From Azolla caroliniana (lineage: Eukaryota > Plantae > Polypodiophyta): a stretch of 64,000 bases of DNA. Location of the stretch: the NCBI GenBank assembly GCA_043228905.1, contig JBHGNT010000012.1:10354001-10418000 (forward strand), written 5' to 3'. The translations under genes were made by a program, and so were the position numbers. Under the pieces are notes generated by a model. The model made no database searches. It worked only from the letters and a program-made list of their open reading frames with translations, and was not told where the DNA came from. Below, piece after piece: positions 25,555 through 39,000 of this stretch. The stretch's first letter is position 1. Each line of letters starts with the position of its first letter.

Positions 25555-26254
25555 TGTCGTGACGATTTTCGGCTACGGTGTGAAACCGAGTAAGACGAAT
25601 AAACCAAGGATGTGCAACATTGCACATACACTTAGCAAATACTCCTTAGGCCTAGTCGCACTTGAGTTCATACAGTGGGCTGCAAGCAAGGTTTGAACCT
25701 TGCACCTCTAAGATACAAGATGTTTGCCTTATCACTAGGACAACTATCATATAGCGTAAATTTTATGTATTTCCTTTTCATATATGAATTATAGACGAAA
25801 CAACCATAGAAAACCATGAGCACAAAACCATGGTTCTAAACCCATGGTTTCTGCATGACATAAGCAAAACCGTGTGCACAAAACCATGGTTCTAAACCCA
25901 TGGTTTGTGCATGACATAGCAAAACCGTGTGCACAAAACCATGGTTTTAGCCCATGGTTTTTGTGCATGTCACAAGCATGGAAAGACCTATAAAAGCCTC
26001 TACTTGAGCTTGTGTAAGGAGGGCTCAATATGTGATATCACCAACACCACTATCATCAATATTATTATATTTGTCTTTATCTTCTTCATATTTTTCTACT
26101 TCTCAAGTGTACAGTCTTTCTTCTTCTCAAGCGAACAAATTTCATCTAATCTTACATTGATCATCATCTCTTCGATAATTCTGTGAACATCCTCCCCAGT
26201 CCAAGACCTCAGTGGTCGCTTGAGTAGCACACGCACGCGCGAATCTTCGTGACA
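25555..26254 (+). mobile_element. Solo LTR (TGTCGTGAC...TTCGTGACA) inserted in the RH-INT junction of the Gypsy element, TSD ACGC/ACGT
   Basis: Removing it restores HISGKDNAVADMLSR; TATA-like TATAAAAG at ~25989; three ~58-bp CCATGG-rich repeats at 25810-25980; antisense tRNA-like cassette at ~25678-25749. Confidence 0.85.
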
Positions 26255-29200
26255 ACGTGGTAGCGGATATGCTATCAAGGGTGCGGTTCGGAGATGACAT
26301 AACCGAATCTGATAATGAAGAAGTTTCCGAAGACTACTTTGCTTCGTAGCACATATGCCGGGTGAACGTAATCCGAGAATTCCAGGAAGAAGAATACGAG
26401 GGAGAAAGCTTGCTGACCGGGAAAGTGCTACAAGAAATCGAGGAATCATCGGACAATAAAGAGAAGAGAGCCGAGATCCGAAGTAAGCAGCAGCAAGTCC
26501 GAAAGTTCTTCTTGAAAAATGGATTAATATGGAGGGAGCCGAAAAGACCAGATGGCATACCACTTTGGGTAGTTGGGATGAAAGAGCAACGAAACCGGAT
26601 AATGTCCGAATTTCACTAATCTGATTGGGCTAGACATCGAGGAACATGGGCAACTTTTGTAAAGATCAAACAAAAATATTGGTGGAAGAACATGTACAAA
26701 GATATAGCGGAGTTCACAGAAAGCTACGAGAAGTGTCAAATCTACTTCGGAGTTCGACACCGAGATGAGTTACATCCGACATTCTCACCGACAATCAACT
26801 TCAAGTGGATGGTCGATATTGTAGCCATGCAAACCGGGATCGGAAAAAGAAGTACTTGGTGTTAGCTCGGGCAGATCTCACAAACCAAGTAGAAGGTCGG
26901 GCACTACGAAGGAAACGTGTTCTGCAGTATGCCAATTTCTTTTGGAGGAGGTGTTTTGCAAGTATGGGTGTGTAGGACAAGTGATTGCGGATCAGGGAGA
27001 ACTCGACTCTGATAAAGCTAAGGAATTCTTCACCAAACATGGAGTTCGGTTAACACTAACAACGACATACAATCCGGAGGCCAATGGGAAAATCAAACGA
27101 GGACACAGTCCGATCGTCAAAGCACTTGCCAAAGCATGCGACAGAAGGGTGAAGGATTGGCCGCAGATGCTCCCGTATGCACTATGGATGTGATAGTTCG
27201 TTGCGACAGAAGGGTGAAGGATTGGCCGATGGAGAAGGAAAACTTAGAATAGAAGGAAAACTATGGATGCGACAGAAGGGTGAAGGATTGGCCGCAAATG
27301 CTCCCGTATGCACTATGCACTATGAATTTGGTCTCCATCGGCCAAATTTGGCTTGCATGTGATAAACTTAGAATCTCCCAACACTAAATAAGGAAGAGAG
27401 AAAGATGTATAGGGTTGTCGATTTTTTTTAGAAGGATTGATTAATACAAAATATTTGTGGGATTCACGATTTTACCATCTAATTCTCTCTTACAATCTAA
27501 TTACCCATTAATACATTATACTCGTGGGATTCACGAGTTTCATATCTTCTTCTTACAATCTCTTCCTAACTAATATTATCTCATATTCTTCTTTCTCCTA
27601 GTCCAAATCCCCAGCGGTTCCCACCTGACACACGCAAACGATCCGGCGCCGAAAGGCACCACAACGGTTATTGGAGCTATGTCGATGAAGCAAATGACAC
27701 AACATCCGAATCGACACACAGAGATTTCCCGGTGTGGGAATAGTCGGCGAGCAGAGTACTGTACTGCTTCACGTCTTGTGTGGGCGAGCAACTCCTAAGC
27801 TACATTTGGGATGCGAAAACGCCAAAAGATGCTTGGGGAAATCTGAAGAAGATCTTCGCCGCAAGCACCACAACCAGGAAGCTTCAACTCCGACTGGAGC
27901 TGAGCAACCTACGACAACACAGGTTGTCGGTGGCTGATTACACCTCGATGATCAAAGATATATGTGACTCCTTAGCCTCCATCGACGTGAACGTCGAGGA
28001 AGGCGAGATGGTGTAAATCTGTCTCAGTGGACTGGCGACGAAGTTCAGAGCGTTCCGAACTGCTGTCTATACACGAGAGAATATGCCGTCGTTTTTCGAC
28101 TTACAGTCGATGCTCCTTATAGAGGAGAACCACGCGGGTGCGTTGACAAGCACGCATGACGACAAAAAGATGTTGTACACAGAGGGAGATAGGCCCCGTG
28201 GTCATGGCGGACGGGGCGAGTCAGTACGCAATGGAGGCGGCCGACGGCATCAAGGAAGAAGGCACCGAAGTGATGCCGACAGCAATTCTGGACCCTCCGG
28301 AAACAGGGGGAGTCGAGGCAACGAGAACCGGCAAGGGAAATCCGCCGCGGAATGTTGGTACTTTGGCAAGAAAGGCCACAAGGAGAGCGAGTGCTGGTAA
28401 AAGCGCACCGATTCGGAGAGAACCGGGTCCAGATCAGGTTCCAGACTGACTGACAAAGGAAATCGGCAACGATCGCACTACGCCGAAGGATCTGGAGAAG
28501 CCGGTAAAAGGGCCAGTTTTCGTGACGAGACACGAAGCAAACTCGATGAAGAAGATCATCCCGAAGTCGGAGGAGGTGTGGTACGTCGACTCTGGCGCAT
28601 CAAACCACATGATGTGCCACAAGGAGTGGTTCTCGTACCTGAAAAAACCGATGCAAACGGGAGTAGTTGCAACCGGAGATGACACTCCGCATCCGATCGT
28701 GAATGTCGATGAAGTTCCCTTGAGCCATGTCGGGTAGAAAGGGAAACTTATGAACGTGTTGCACGTCCCGATAATCATGAAGAATTTGGTGTCGGTCGGG
28801 CAGATCGTCGACCAGGGGATGAAAGTCCGGTTCACGCATCTTGGGTGCTTCATTGAGGAAGAAGGCCTAGTTATTCCGCAAGGGCACAAAGACGGGAGGT
28901 TGTTTATCCTCAATTCTAGTGACGGTGGCACCACAATGTTCGTGAAAAGACAAAAAGTCGAGTCAGATATCGACTTATGGCACAAGCGGATAGGCCACAT
29001 CAACTATCAACGGTTTCAGGACCTGCAATCGAAATAGCTGGTCTTCGGATTGCCCAAATTTAGCGGCTGGAAGGCACAAATTTGTGAAGCCTACCAGCTC
29101 AGGAAGCAACACCGACTTGAGAGTTTTCGGAAGGAAGCCAAATCTACGACACTTGAGAGTTTTCGGTAGCATTGCATATGTGCATGTACCGAAAGCAAAA

Positions 29201-29989
29201 CGGAGGAAGTTGGATGCGAAAGCCGAGAAGTGTATCTTGGTCAGCTATTCGGACGAGCGGAAGGGTTATAAGTGTTATAACCCACGCACCAAACAAGTGC
29301 GCGTGAGCTGTGACGTTGTGTTTGACCAGTCCGCGTCCTGGTACTTGCCTCCGACGCCGGACCTCATCTCCAATCCGAGTTCTGTCGATGAAGTCAGTGA
29401 GGCCGAGATGCCTCCGAATGAGCCTGAAACCGGGACCCGCGAAAAGAGTCAGATTTTGTTTCGGTTAAGCGGACCGAATGGACAACTGAGTTGGTACGAC
29501 TAGTCCGATGAAGAGCCAGTGAGTAGTGGAGACTTGGTCATGCATTCCCCTCGCCGGAAGCCGAGGAGACGGCTTACACGCAAGGATAAAGGAAAGAAAA
29601 AGGCGTCGGATTACGGCACGGATAGGAACGAGTCGGATTGATGCAAGTCCGACTCCAAGGGAAGTGATGACGGGTCTTCGAGAGCGAAGTTTGCGTCGGC
29701 TAAGAGAGCCTCAATATCGGTTAATGAGCAATTACGCTGATCTACCCGCCAGAAGAACCCCGTCGTGCGGTTTGGATACAATGAGTACATGGCGCATCAC
29801 TATGCGTACATGAACCACGTAGCGGAAGTGTGTGAGTCGGAGAGCTACGCAGAAGCGGTGAAGGACGCGAATTGGCATACCGCAATGGAGAAAGAGATGC
29901 ACGCATTAGCGGAGCATGAAACCTGGGACCTAGTTGATGCACCGAAAGGTTTGAAGCCGATCGGATGCAGGTGGGTGTACAAGGTCTCA

Positions 29990-32900
29990 AATAACCGATT
30001 GTGTACTTTGTGTCTCACACAACGCATCCTCTGCAGCCGATTGAAAAAGGGAAAAACAACACAAAGAGACGAACCCTTTTTTCCTCTCGGACAATAGGAA
30101 CATGGACAAAGGTATGGGAAGCTTGGTTCCAACAGAGAAGCTCGACAAGAGCAACTATGCATCTTGGTCATAGAAGATGCACCAATATCTAATTGTGCAC
30201 AGGTACTGGAGTTACATCGAAGGAGTGAATGATGCAGCCTTCGATGCAACACATAGGGACTTTCTGGCTTGGGAGTAGGCGGCAAGCAGAGTAATGTACT
30301 ACTTTGCATCTAGTGTCGATGATCAACTACTCAGCTACATCCGGGATGCCAAGACACCAAAAGATGTGTGGGGAATCTCAAACAGATTTTCGCCGCCAAC
30401 ACAATGGCCAGGAAGCTGTAGCTCAAATAGGAGCTCAACAATGTCCGGCAGAAAGATTTATCTAGGACTCCCTCGCCTCCATCAACATGACCATCAAGGA
30501 GGACGAAATGGTGCAAGTCTACCTCAGAGGGCTAGCTTCTAGACTTGGGTCATTCCTAACAACGGTTTGTAGGAGAGAGAACATGTCGTCCTTCTTCGAG
30601 TTGCAATCGATGCTTCTCATTGAAGAGAACCAAACGGGTGCATCGACAAGCATGCACACCAACACCAAGATGTTGTACACAGAGGTGGATAGGCCCCATG
30701 GTCATGGAGGATGAGGCGGGTCGGCATGCAATGGAGGTGGCCGATTGGAGGAGGAACAAAGGCACAGAAGTAATGCCACCATAAATTCTGAACCCTCCAC
30801 GAGAAGGGAGAGTCAAGGCGACACCGAAAGCCAGCAAGGGAACGCCACAATGAACTGCTAGTACTGTGGCCGAAAGGGCCATAGAGAGAGCGAGTGTTAG
30901 AAGAAGCGTACCGATGGACAAAGTCGGATCGGTGGGAGTCGTTACTTTGTAACCTTCATCGATGACTACACTCGACACACCTGGGCATGCTTGATCAAGA
31001 AGAAGAGCAAAGTCTTCTCCTGTTTCCTTAAGGTTAAGAGCCTTGCCAAATGAGAGACTGGACAGAAGATAAAATGCCTAAGGTCTGATGGCGGAAAAGA
31101 GTATTTTTCCAACCTATTCTCTAGTTATTTGTAGAAGAAACAAAGTCAACATGAATTCTTCTGTAGATACATGCCACAACAGAACAACATGACCTAGTAA
31201 AAGAAACAGACAATAGAGGAAGCGGCGAGGGAAATGCTTGAGGAGAAACATATGCCCAAGTTCTATTGGGCCTAAGTTGTCTAGACGATCATATAACTGC
31301 AAAATCGGATTTCTAAAAATGGAGTGTCGCCTCATCAACTGGATTTCGTGCGCAAGCCGAACTTGGGACACTTAAGGGTGTTCGACAACAGCGTATATGG
31401 GCATGTGCCAAAAGTGAAGAGATGGAAGTTAGATGCAAAGCCGAGAAATGCATTCTAGTCGACTACTCAGACGAACAAAAGGGTTATAAGTGTTATAACC
31501 CCCGAATGAAGCAAGTCCAAGTTAGTCGAGACGTCGACTTTGTGGTACTTGCCTCCGTCTTCGATCCCCATTAACTCCATTCCAAATTTTGAGGATGGCC
31601 AGTGAGGCTGAGATGCCCATGTATGAAGAAGAAATCAGAACTCTAAAGGAGAGTCCGATCTCAATTCGGCTAAGTGGGCCGAATGAGGGATTGAGCCTAA
31701 GGTCGACTGGATGAAGAGTCGACGAGTAGTGGAGACTCAACTGTGCAATCCCCACACCAGAAGTCGAGGAGATGACTTACACACAAGGAGAAGGGGAAGA
31801 TGAAGATGCTAGAATATGACACAAAGGTTGACACATCGGATCGGAGTGAATCAAATGCGTCTAGTGGCATAGAAGAACCTCCCGAGTTGAGGTCAGAGTT
31901 GACCGAGAGGGCCATGAAATCGGCAAACCAGAAGTTGCACTGATCCATCTGCCGAAAGAACCCCATAATCAAATATGGGTGTACAATGAGTATATGGCAC
32001 ATCACTATGCGTATATGGCAAAGGTGGCAAATGTGTGTGAGCTGTAGAGCTATGCAAAGGCGGAAAAGGATGCAAATTAGTGTGCCGCAATGGAGGAAGA
32101 TTTGTGCGCCTTAGCAAAGAATGAAACATTGGACCTGGTTGATGCCCCCAGGAGTGTAAAGATGATTGGATGTAGGTGGGTGTACAAGGTAAAGTACAAC
32201 ACTGATGACTAGTGGCCAAAGGCCGCGCACAGCAACACAACATCGACTAAGATGAGACATTCGCACCGTTCACGAAGATGATGACCGCCCATGTTCAACT
32301 AACAGTACCAATGGTGAAGGGCTGGAACCTACACCAGATGGACGTGAAGAACTCATTCATGCAAGGAGAGCTTCCGGAATAGGTGTATATGGTGCATCCT
32401 CCCGGATTGAACACGTCAGTCATCTACCGACTAAAGAAGTCGCTTTAAAGACTAAAGCAAGCCCCACGTGCTTGGAATTTGAAGATCACACGGAGATTGC
32501 ATCGAATGGGGTTTGCTTCGTCAAAGTCAGACTCAGCACTATTCATCTGGTAGGGTTGGAACGGATCGATTAGCATATTGTTATATGTGAATGATCTAGT
32601 CATCGCCAGCACCGACCTGGAGGAAACCGGCCACATGAAGTCCCAACTTGCGGCATCATTCGAGATGAAGGGGGACCTTCATTACTTCCTTGGGATCGAA
32701 GTGATCCACACCCTAGAAGGCATACTTATCAGCCAAAGGTATTATGTGTTGAGTATGCTCTTCAAGTTCGGAATAATGGATTGCAAATCGGTCTCAAATC
32801 CTCCTGATCGAAATGTGAAGCTTCGCCAAGGTTTAGGAATGGCGTGCGACACAACCTAGTTCAGATAGATTGTCGGAAGCCTTATATATTTGACCATCAC

Positions 32901-33130
32901 CCGGTTGGACCTCAACTATCTAGTCGGTCTGATCTGTCAATTTATGTCATAGCCAACTTCTGACCACCTTCAATGCGCGCAACGAATCTTGAGATAGTGA
33001 GTGGCATGAAGGATAGGGGGTGGCTATATCGATTAGGTGTAGCCGAACAACTAGCTGGCTACATGGATGACAATTGGGCCGAAAATGCCGGCGATCGCAT
33101 ATCAATTTTTGGATTGGCGTTTTCATTGTG
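29990..33130 (+). mobile_element. Heavily decayed, internally deleted Ty1/Copia copy (gag from 30114, INT, RT, start of RH), no LTR recognised
   Basis: MGSLVPTEKLDKSNYASWS gag start; FVTFIDDYTR and LRSDGGKEY integrase; LLYVNDLVI reverse transcriptase; many stops. Confidence 0.85.
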
Positions 33131-34146
33131 TTATTTATTCGCAAAAGTTAGTGTGGGCATGATGGAGCTTAGGTATGTGACCAATTGTTGATAAAAATTT
33201 CAATCTGGCTTGTGACATATGGCTGAGTTGGCCATGCCATAATGATGTTGTTGGTACTTCGGCTACGTTTACTGATCCATCCCAACTGATCGTTGTGAAC
33301 GGGTATAGATTATTGTACTTCACGTAATGGCTGATTATGAGACTTCCTTTTGTAATATGCCATGAAGACTCACTCAATGTTGTCCTATACCCGTCTTCAG
33401 CTAACATACCAAACGTGTACATACCAGACGTGGTCCAGGGTGATTGTATTGCCCGTCTTCAGCTAACATCCTCACAAACAATCAAAAGTCAAAAGCTGAC
33501 TAAAAAACATGGAGAGTCGATCGAATTCGGACAAGGAGTCGGGGAGAGTCGGTCGGAAACTAGTTGGGAATTGAATTCAGACCGAGAGTCAGAGACTAGT
33601 TGGAAGTCGGAATCAAACTTGATGAGGGAGAAGTAGTGAATTGAACCCGACGAGGGAGAAGTAGTCGACTTCAACCCAGAAGAAGAACCAAACGAAGAAG
33701 AAGAGGAAGGTCCTGGCGAGTAGGCTAAAGAAACTTGAGGAAGACGATACCTTCTGAGAGAAAGACGTGCTCCCTAGAGATTCCCAGACAAAGAATATGT
33801 GCTGCTAATTGGAACCTTCGAGCAAGCAAACAAGGACACCCACATGAGAGAGTGGCTAAGTCCCATGCAGAACGAGATGGATTCCCTGCATGAGAACGGA
33901 TTTCAATAGAAGAAGGGTGTAGATTTCGACAAAATATTTCCCTTGTAGTGAAGATGACATGCATCCGAATAGTGTTGAGCATATCGTCCAAGATGGACCT
34001 TGAAGTCCAATAGTTGGATGTTAAGACACTTCCGACAAACAACAAGTTGTCTGGGATACAAAGTCCAAAGATGAAGTCTGAAAAGAATGAGATGGCGAAG
34101 GTACCCTATGCCTCAATGGTCGGATGCCTAATGTATGGAATGGTAT
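33131..34146. mobile_element. Rearranged fragments of a different (Tork/TAR-like) Copia: pre-integrase piece on minus (~33135-33470), RT pieces on plus (~33480-34146)
   Basis: LWHGQLSHMSQARLK on minus; KVPYASMVGCLMYGMV and LDVKT on plus. Confidence 0.65.
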
Positions 34147-35285
34147 TGTAACGAGTAGCGTGTGGAATGTACTACACACAACTAGCTCCACCGGATAGCA
34201 CTAGAAAACAGTAAATGTAGAGAACAATGGAGAGAGAGAGAGAGAGAGAGTACGCAGGAGAGATAGAGAGAGTAGAACACAGAAACTAAATGTCAAAACA
34301 ATACTCTATACTCTATACTCTGTACATACAAATGTGCTAGAGGGCAGTTTTTATACAAGTCCTTAAAAGGACGGTCAGAAATACATAGAAGTACTTCAAT
34401 GCTCATAATTGAGCTACTGATACTAACTCCCAAAAATATTGCCTATTTACTTGATTAGGAGTGTAAGCCTCTAACAGCCTACCGGTTCACATTTGGGTCC
34501 GTCTCTCGGCTTCTTCAGTCGATTCGACTTCACCCCTCAGAACGCGCTCACACACAAAGTGATAATGCACTTCTATGTGCTTCGCACGAGCATAGAACAT
34601 GGGGTTCTTGGCCGGTTGCATACTGCTGATGTTGTCACAGTAGATCGGGATTAGAGTCAGAACTTCAATCTGTAAGTCTTGCAGCAGCCTCCAGAGCCAT
34701 ATGGCTTCACAGGTCGCGATGGTGGCTCCCCCATACTCAGCTTTGATGTTGAATGGGGCCATTGTCGGTTGCTTCTTGCTGCTACACGAAACAGTCGCAC
34801 GTCTGAGAGAAAACATAAAACCTGATATTAACCGATGATCTGACGCATCACCGGTCCAATCGGCATTAGCGTAGTCGACTAGCTGCTTAGGTATACTGCG
34901 TCGGTACAACAATACTCAATCTTTCGTGCCAATCACAAATCTCTATAGTTGTGCCACTCACTAAAGATGGTCAACATTCGGTCGCTGCATAAATTGACAA
35001 ATCACTCTGACCAGATAGCTGATGTCGGGTGAGGTGATAGTAAGATATATTAGGCTTCTGACGATTTGCTAGAACTGTTTCTCATCGTAGGCCGCTCTTG
35101 AATTAGGATGTAGTTTCAGGTTCCTATCGAGAGGTGTCGAGACGGGTCAGCAATCCGTCATACCGAACTTGAACATATTCTAAACATAGTGTCGTTGAGA
35201 CAACAATATGCCTTCAGGGTGTGGATCACTTCGATCCCCAAGAAGTAGTGAAAGTCCTTCATGTCAAATGCATCCGACAGTTGGG
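34147..35285 (-). mobile_element. Ty1/Copia 3' fragment: partial 3' LTR (34147-~34485), RNase H and end of RT; interrupted at 35286 by a Gypsy LTR
   Basis: ORF 34487-34912 has DYANADWTGD, IYCDNISS and KHIEVHYHFV; the LTR resembles 1011-1398. Confidence 0.85.
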
Positions 35286-36049
35286 TGTTACTCCGTAGGG
35301 CCGGACAATAGCCTAACACAGGGTGTCTACAGAAGACACTTCACCAAAGGGTGTTACGGTGGAACAGAGTTAGACCGACAACTAATCCGACCTTAATCGT
35401 TTACTTAAGCAACAGATCCATAATCTTAATACACGCGTAAGATAGAAAGTAATTAGCATAGAACGGTAATCAATGCACAGAGATAAGGAAATAGAGCTTT
35501 ATTAATTATCCATCCCCATTTACAATGTAACTGGGCCTTTTTATAGATCTCCGGCTCTGCCTACAAAACGGTGCCAACCGGCACACTAATATGAACCGGT
35601 CCGAATCCGGATCGGCATACCAATTCTGGTCCGTCTGTTCACTACTCTAAAATCTACTTAATTACTTAATATCCTAATACTAGCCTCCGATTATTTCTGC
35701 CCTTTCAAATTTTGGATTGTCCTTCACTCCTTGCTGGCTGGCTAACACATGGCACGCCTGTGGGACAGTACCTTGTACGTCAAATCCCACTATCCGACCT
35801 TCAATCCTCGTCTAAAATGTCCAGAATGCTCTGATTCAGGGGCTCTAAGGGTCCTTCGAAAGGTTGATTAGACTGCTGGAGCTGCTCCTGCTATTGTTGC
35901 TCCTCCGGTTGCTGCGCCTCCTATGGCTGCTCCGTTGGCTGTGAAAGTTGCTCCGGCTGCTGCTCCATTGGCGATTGTTGTGGTTCCTGCTACTGCGCGG
36001 TCTCCGGCTCTTCTGGGCGTTGCTCCTCCAATGGCTGTGCCGGTGGTTG

Positions 36050-39000
36050 TTACGACGCTTCCTCCCTTGGCTGCTCCTCCTGAGTTACATCCAGTTGGCA
36101 TGTCTCCGCCTTGGTTCTATCCGTCCCTTGCTCCGACGATGGCTCTTCATCACTGAGATTGATTGTTGCTGTGCTCTTCATCGCCTCTTGTCGTAGCCTC
36201 TCCTTTTCGTAACTTTCAAACTGGATTTGGTTATCCAGCCGATGATCGTCCAGTTGTGCCACTAGTTGCTGGACCACCGTTATCTGTTCATCAGCCAAGG
36301 CTACGAAGTCCTCTGCCAATTCATCTTTCACGACAGCAAAGTCTTCCTTTTCCAATTTATAGAACTCATCGCCTTCTTTCTGCCAGTTTTCCGCGTCCAC
36401 CCTCAGCAATTGTAACTCGGCAGCGTGCTTCGCCCATTTTGACCACCATACTACTGAGTTGTCTTCAATCAAACGCTTTGTTTGATTCTTCCATGCATGT
36501 ACAATGCACCGGATCCGCTCCAGCCCCATCTTTGATTTATCTTCAACGGCCTGTCGGTCATCTTTCAACTGTTTAATCAGGTTCGCCGTTACCATCTCTT
36601 GGTCCTTGTAGCGCACCAATTGATTCTGATACATTGTTTGCACTCTTTGTAAGACCATGGTAGCGTGTTCCGTTTCCCCCTGATGTTGCATCTGGAGTTC
36701 CATGCGTTCCTTCACCGCTTCAGCTTGTATGGTTTCCTTCTCAGCCCATTCTTCTACTAGTGCTGTCTCTGCTTGTTGCACTTCATTCCAAAGCTCGAAC
36801 ATCTTCTCCTACTACCGGTCACTGTTAGTGATAAGCTTCTTGTATTCCGACTCAACATGTTTATAATCCCGGTGCGGGCGGTTAAACTCTTCTGATTTCT
36901 ACTTCAGCTTCTGATTGATCTGGCGGCGAGCTCGGTCTTCCTTATCCTTTTGCTACCGAAGCTCTTCTTTCAATCTCTCGCTCTCCGTTTCCACCATCCT
37001 TCGGAATTTATCCTTCTCTTGCAGCACTTTTTCCTTCTCTTCCGTAGACTATCTTCTGCTCGTCGGAGATTGTCAGCAGCCTTCCGTTGTTCCTCCACCT
37101 CCGCCATTCGTAATTCTCTTTCCCTGGCCCGTAATGCTTCCTGTGCGGCCATGTCTTCTTTGAGAATGGCAAGCTCTTGCGCTTGCGCTGTACTTATATT
37201 CAGGTTTGTTCCCAGCACCGGGGTCGTATTATTATGTATAGTTGCCGGCGGTTCATTATTCTGTACATGTACCGGAGCCACCTGTTCCTGCTCCTGGGGT
37301 CCTGTGATGACCTTCTTAGCCAATTCTTCCATGGCTATTTCTACTTCTCGTTCCAAGTTCAAGATCCTTGACCATGCCTTCTCTAGTTCTCCGGTTGTGG
37401 CTAGCAACCAGTCCATTTGTGCTTTCTCCTCTGCCTCCATATAATGGACCACTCCGGCTATTTGCTTACTGATCCACCACAGCCATTGGCTGCCGGTTCC
37501 TTTTGCCCGTGTCGGCGCGGAGGGTTGGCCAATTTCTCCGCTTGCCAGTGTCTAATCTGGTCTGATTGCCAGCTCTGGCTCTGGCTGGGTACCACATGGC
37601 AACACCGGCTCTGGTTGTGCCTGAGTCGGTCGTTCTAGCTCTGGTTGGTCCTGTTGTGTCGGTGAGGTAGGAAACCTGAATCACCGTCTCCTGAATCACC
37701 GTCTCCTGAATCATGGGTCTTGTCATGCTCTGACCCACCGGCGGGGACTGTGGCGGAGGGACTTCTGTCACCGGTTATGCTTGAACCGGTTCCGCCTCCA
37801 CCCTTGGCTCTGGGCCCTCAATGCGGGGCATCAACGTCCTATCCTTTTCTGGACCTGATTGCTTGCTGGCATGGTCGGCAGTGCTCTTCTTCTGGCGCCG
37901 CTGGTGGTGCTCCTTGGGCTCCTCCGCCGTTTCCTCCTCCTGAGTCCCAAGATTGATTTTCATGGCCAAGAGATCTAGCTCCTGTTGACTAGGTCGGCGA
38001 AATGTAATTTTTATTGGTCGTGCCAGTGTTGCCTCCTGTGTCTCTGCCTGGTTAGGCCGCTCGTTCTCCGTTTTCGTAGTGTCGGCCTCTTTCCCCTTGG
38101 TTGCCTTAGCAGCCACTAGCTACTATCGTTTCGAAGCCGGTTTGGAGATTCCTTCGGTTGTTCTTCCCCACTTCTTTGTCGTGTTGTGCTCCACTGGTGG
38201 TGCTAACAATGTGAGACATTGCGCCATCACTGACCATATTTTTCTTCCATCCTTCCCTCGTACCGAGTCGATGGCCGCGCGCAATCCGTCGGCGATCAGC
38301 ACCGACTAGTCCACCTGTATGCCTTCATATCCGGCGATAATTAACCCAGCTTGGTTCCTAGGCATTGTCGGGGGTCGAGGGTACACATGGCCATACTCGT
38401 GCAGTACACGAGCAATCTCTCGAAATAAGCCATCCTCGCCGCCTTGTGTACGATATGCCTTGCTGGCCAGAGAATACTCACCGAAGTATTTCGTGAGCTG
38501 CTGCGGGGTAGGGTTGTCAACGGTGAAGATGCCGCCCTCGGGTAGGCCCATCAGGGCATGGATGGCCTCCTCTGTGATTACTTCTGTGTCGATGGCTTTG
38601 TGACGGGAACTGCAACGCTCCTTATACACAACGCTCGGCCACAACCGAGCTTAGGATCATACACAGAAAATGGGAAATAAAACACGACACGAAGAAGAGA
38701 CGAGTACACGGGATGTTTACGTGGAAAACCCAAAGAGGGAAAAACCAGGGCAGCCCACAGGCTGCAAACTATCACTATGCTAGAATGTACAACAATGAGT
38801 TCACGGAGGCAACGACCTCGTGCTCACGATCCTCGCCACAGGCGGCGGTTACAACAGAGGCAACGACCTCTTTCTCTCTCTCTCTCTGTACACTGTTACG
38901 CACTCTCTCTCTCCTTGCACCAACAAGAATAACAACTACAAAAACAACTAAAAGTTTGCCCTAAGTCATATTTATACTAATATGACTTTTCGGCTATTTA

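Larger units (their letters stand above)
18639..27663 (+). mobile_element. Non-chromovirus Ty3/Gypsy element (possibly Phygy/Selgy-like): 5' LTR 18639-19285, gag-PR and RT-RH-INT with an internal 2.2-kb duplication, truncated 3' LTR ~27352-27663, 4-bp TSD ACGG
   Basis: LTR ends match (…GGCGCCGAAAGGCACGAC); ACGG at 18635-18638 and 27664-27667 restores the host gag; RT YSGYDQFQL and PFLDDI, RH VTVDTSPTGIG, INT YNPEANGKIKR. Confidence 0.92.
18012..29985 (+). mobile_element. Ty1/Copia element split by a Gypsy insertion: LTR 18012-18454, PBS 18455-18466, gag from 18550, resuming at 27668 with gag-PR-partial INT-RT start; 3' end lost
   Basis: PBS TGGTATCAGAGC; MASSLPIEKLDRNNYASWSYKMHQYLLEH continues as GYWSYV after the insert; WYVDSGASNHM protease, LWHKRIGH pre-integrase, LRVFGSIAYVHVP. 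Confidence 0.9.

Noticed and set aside
35590-35612. B-box-like GGTCCGAATCC in the Athila-like LTR
   Set aside because: No convincing A-box at the expected distance; it lies among CCGG-rich short repeats.
35286-35747. Independent solo LTR bounded by TGTTA...TAACA
   Set aside because: Flanks TTGGG and CATGG do not match, and a PPT-like tract next to 35782 fits better with the 3' LTR of the Athila-like element.
35868-36156. Ala/Pro-rich ORFs resembling arabinogalactan or extensin proteins
   Set aside because: They are alternative or antisense frames of the low-complexity end of the Gypsy extra ORF.
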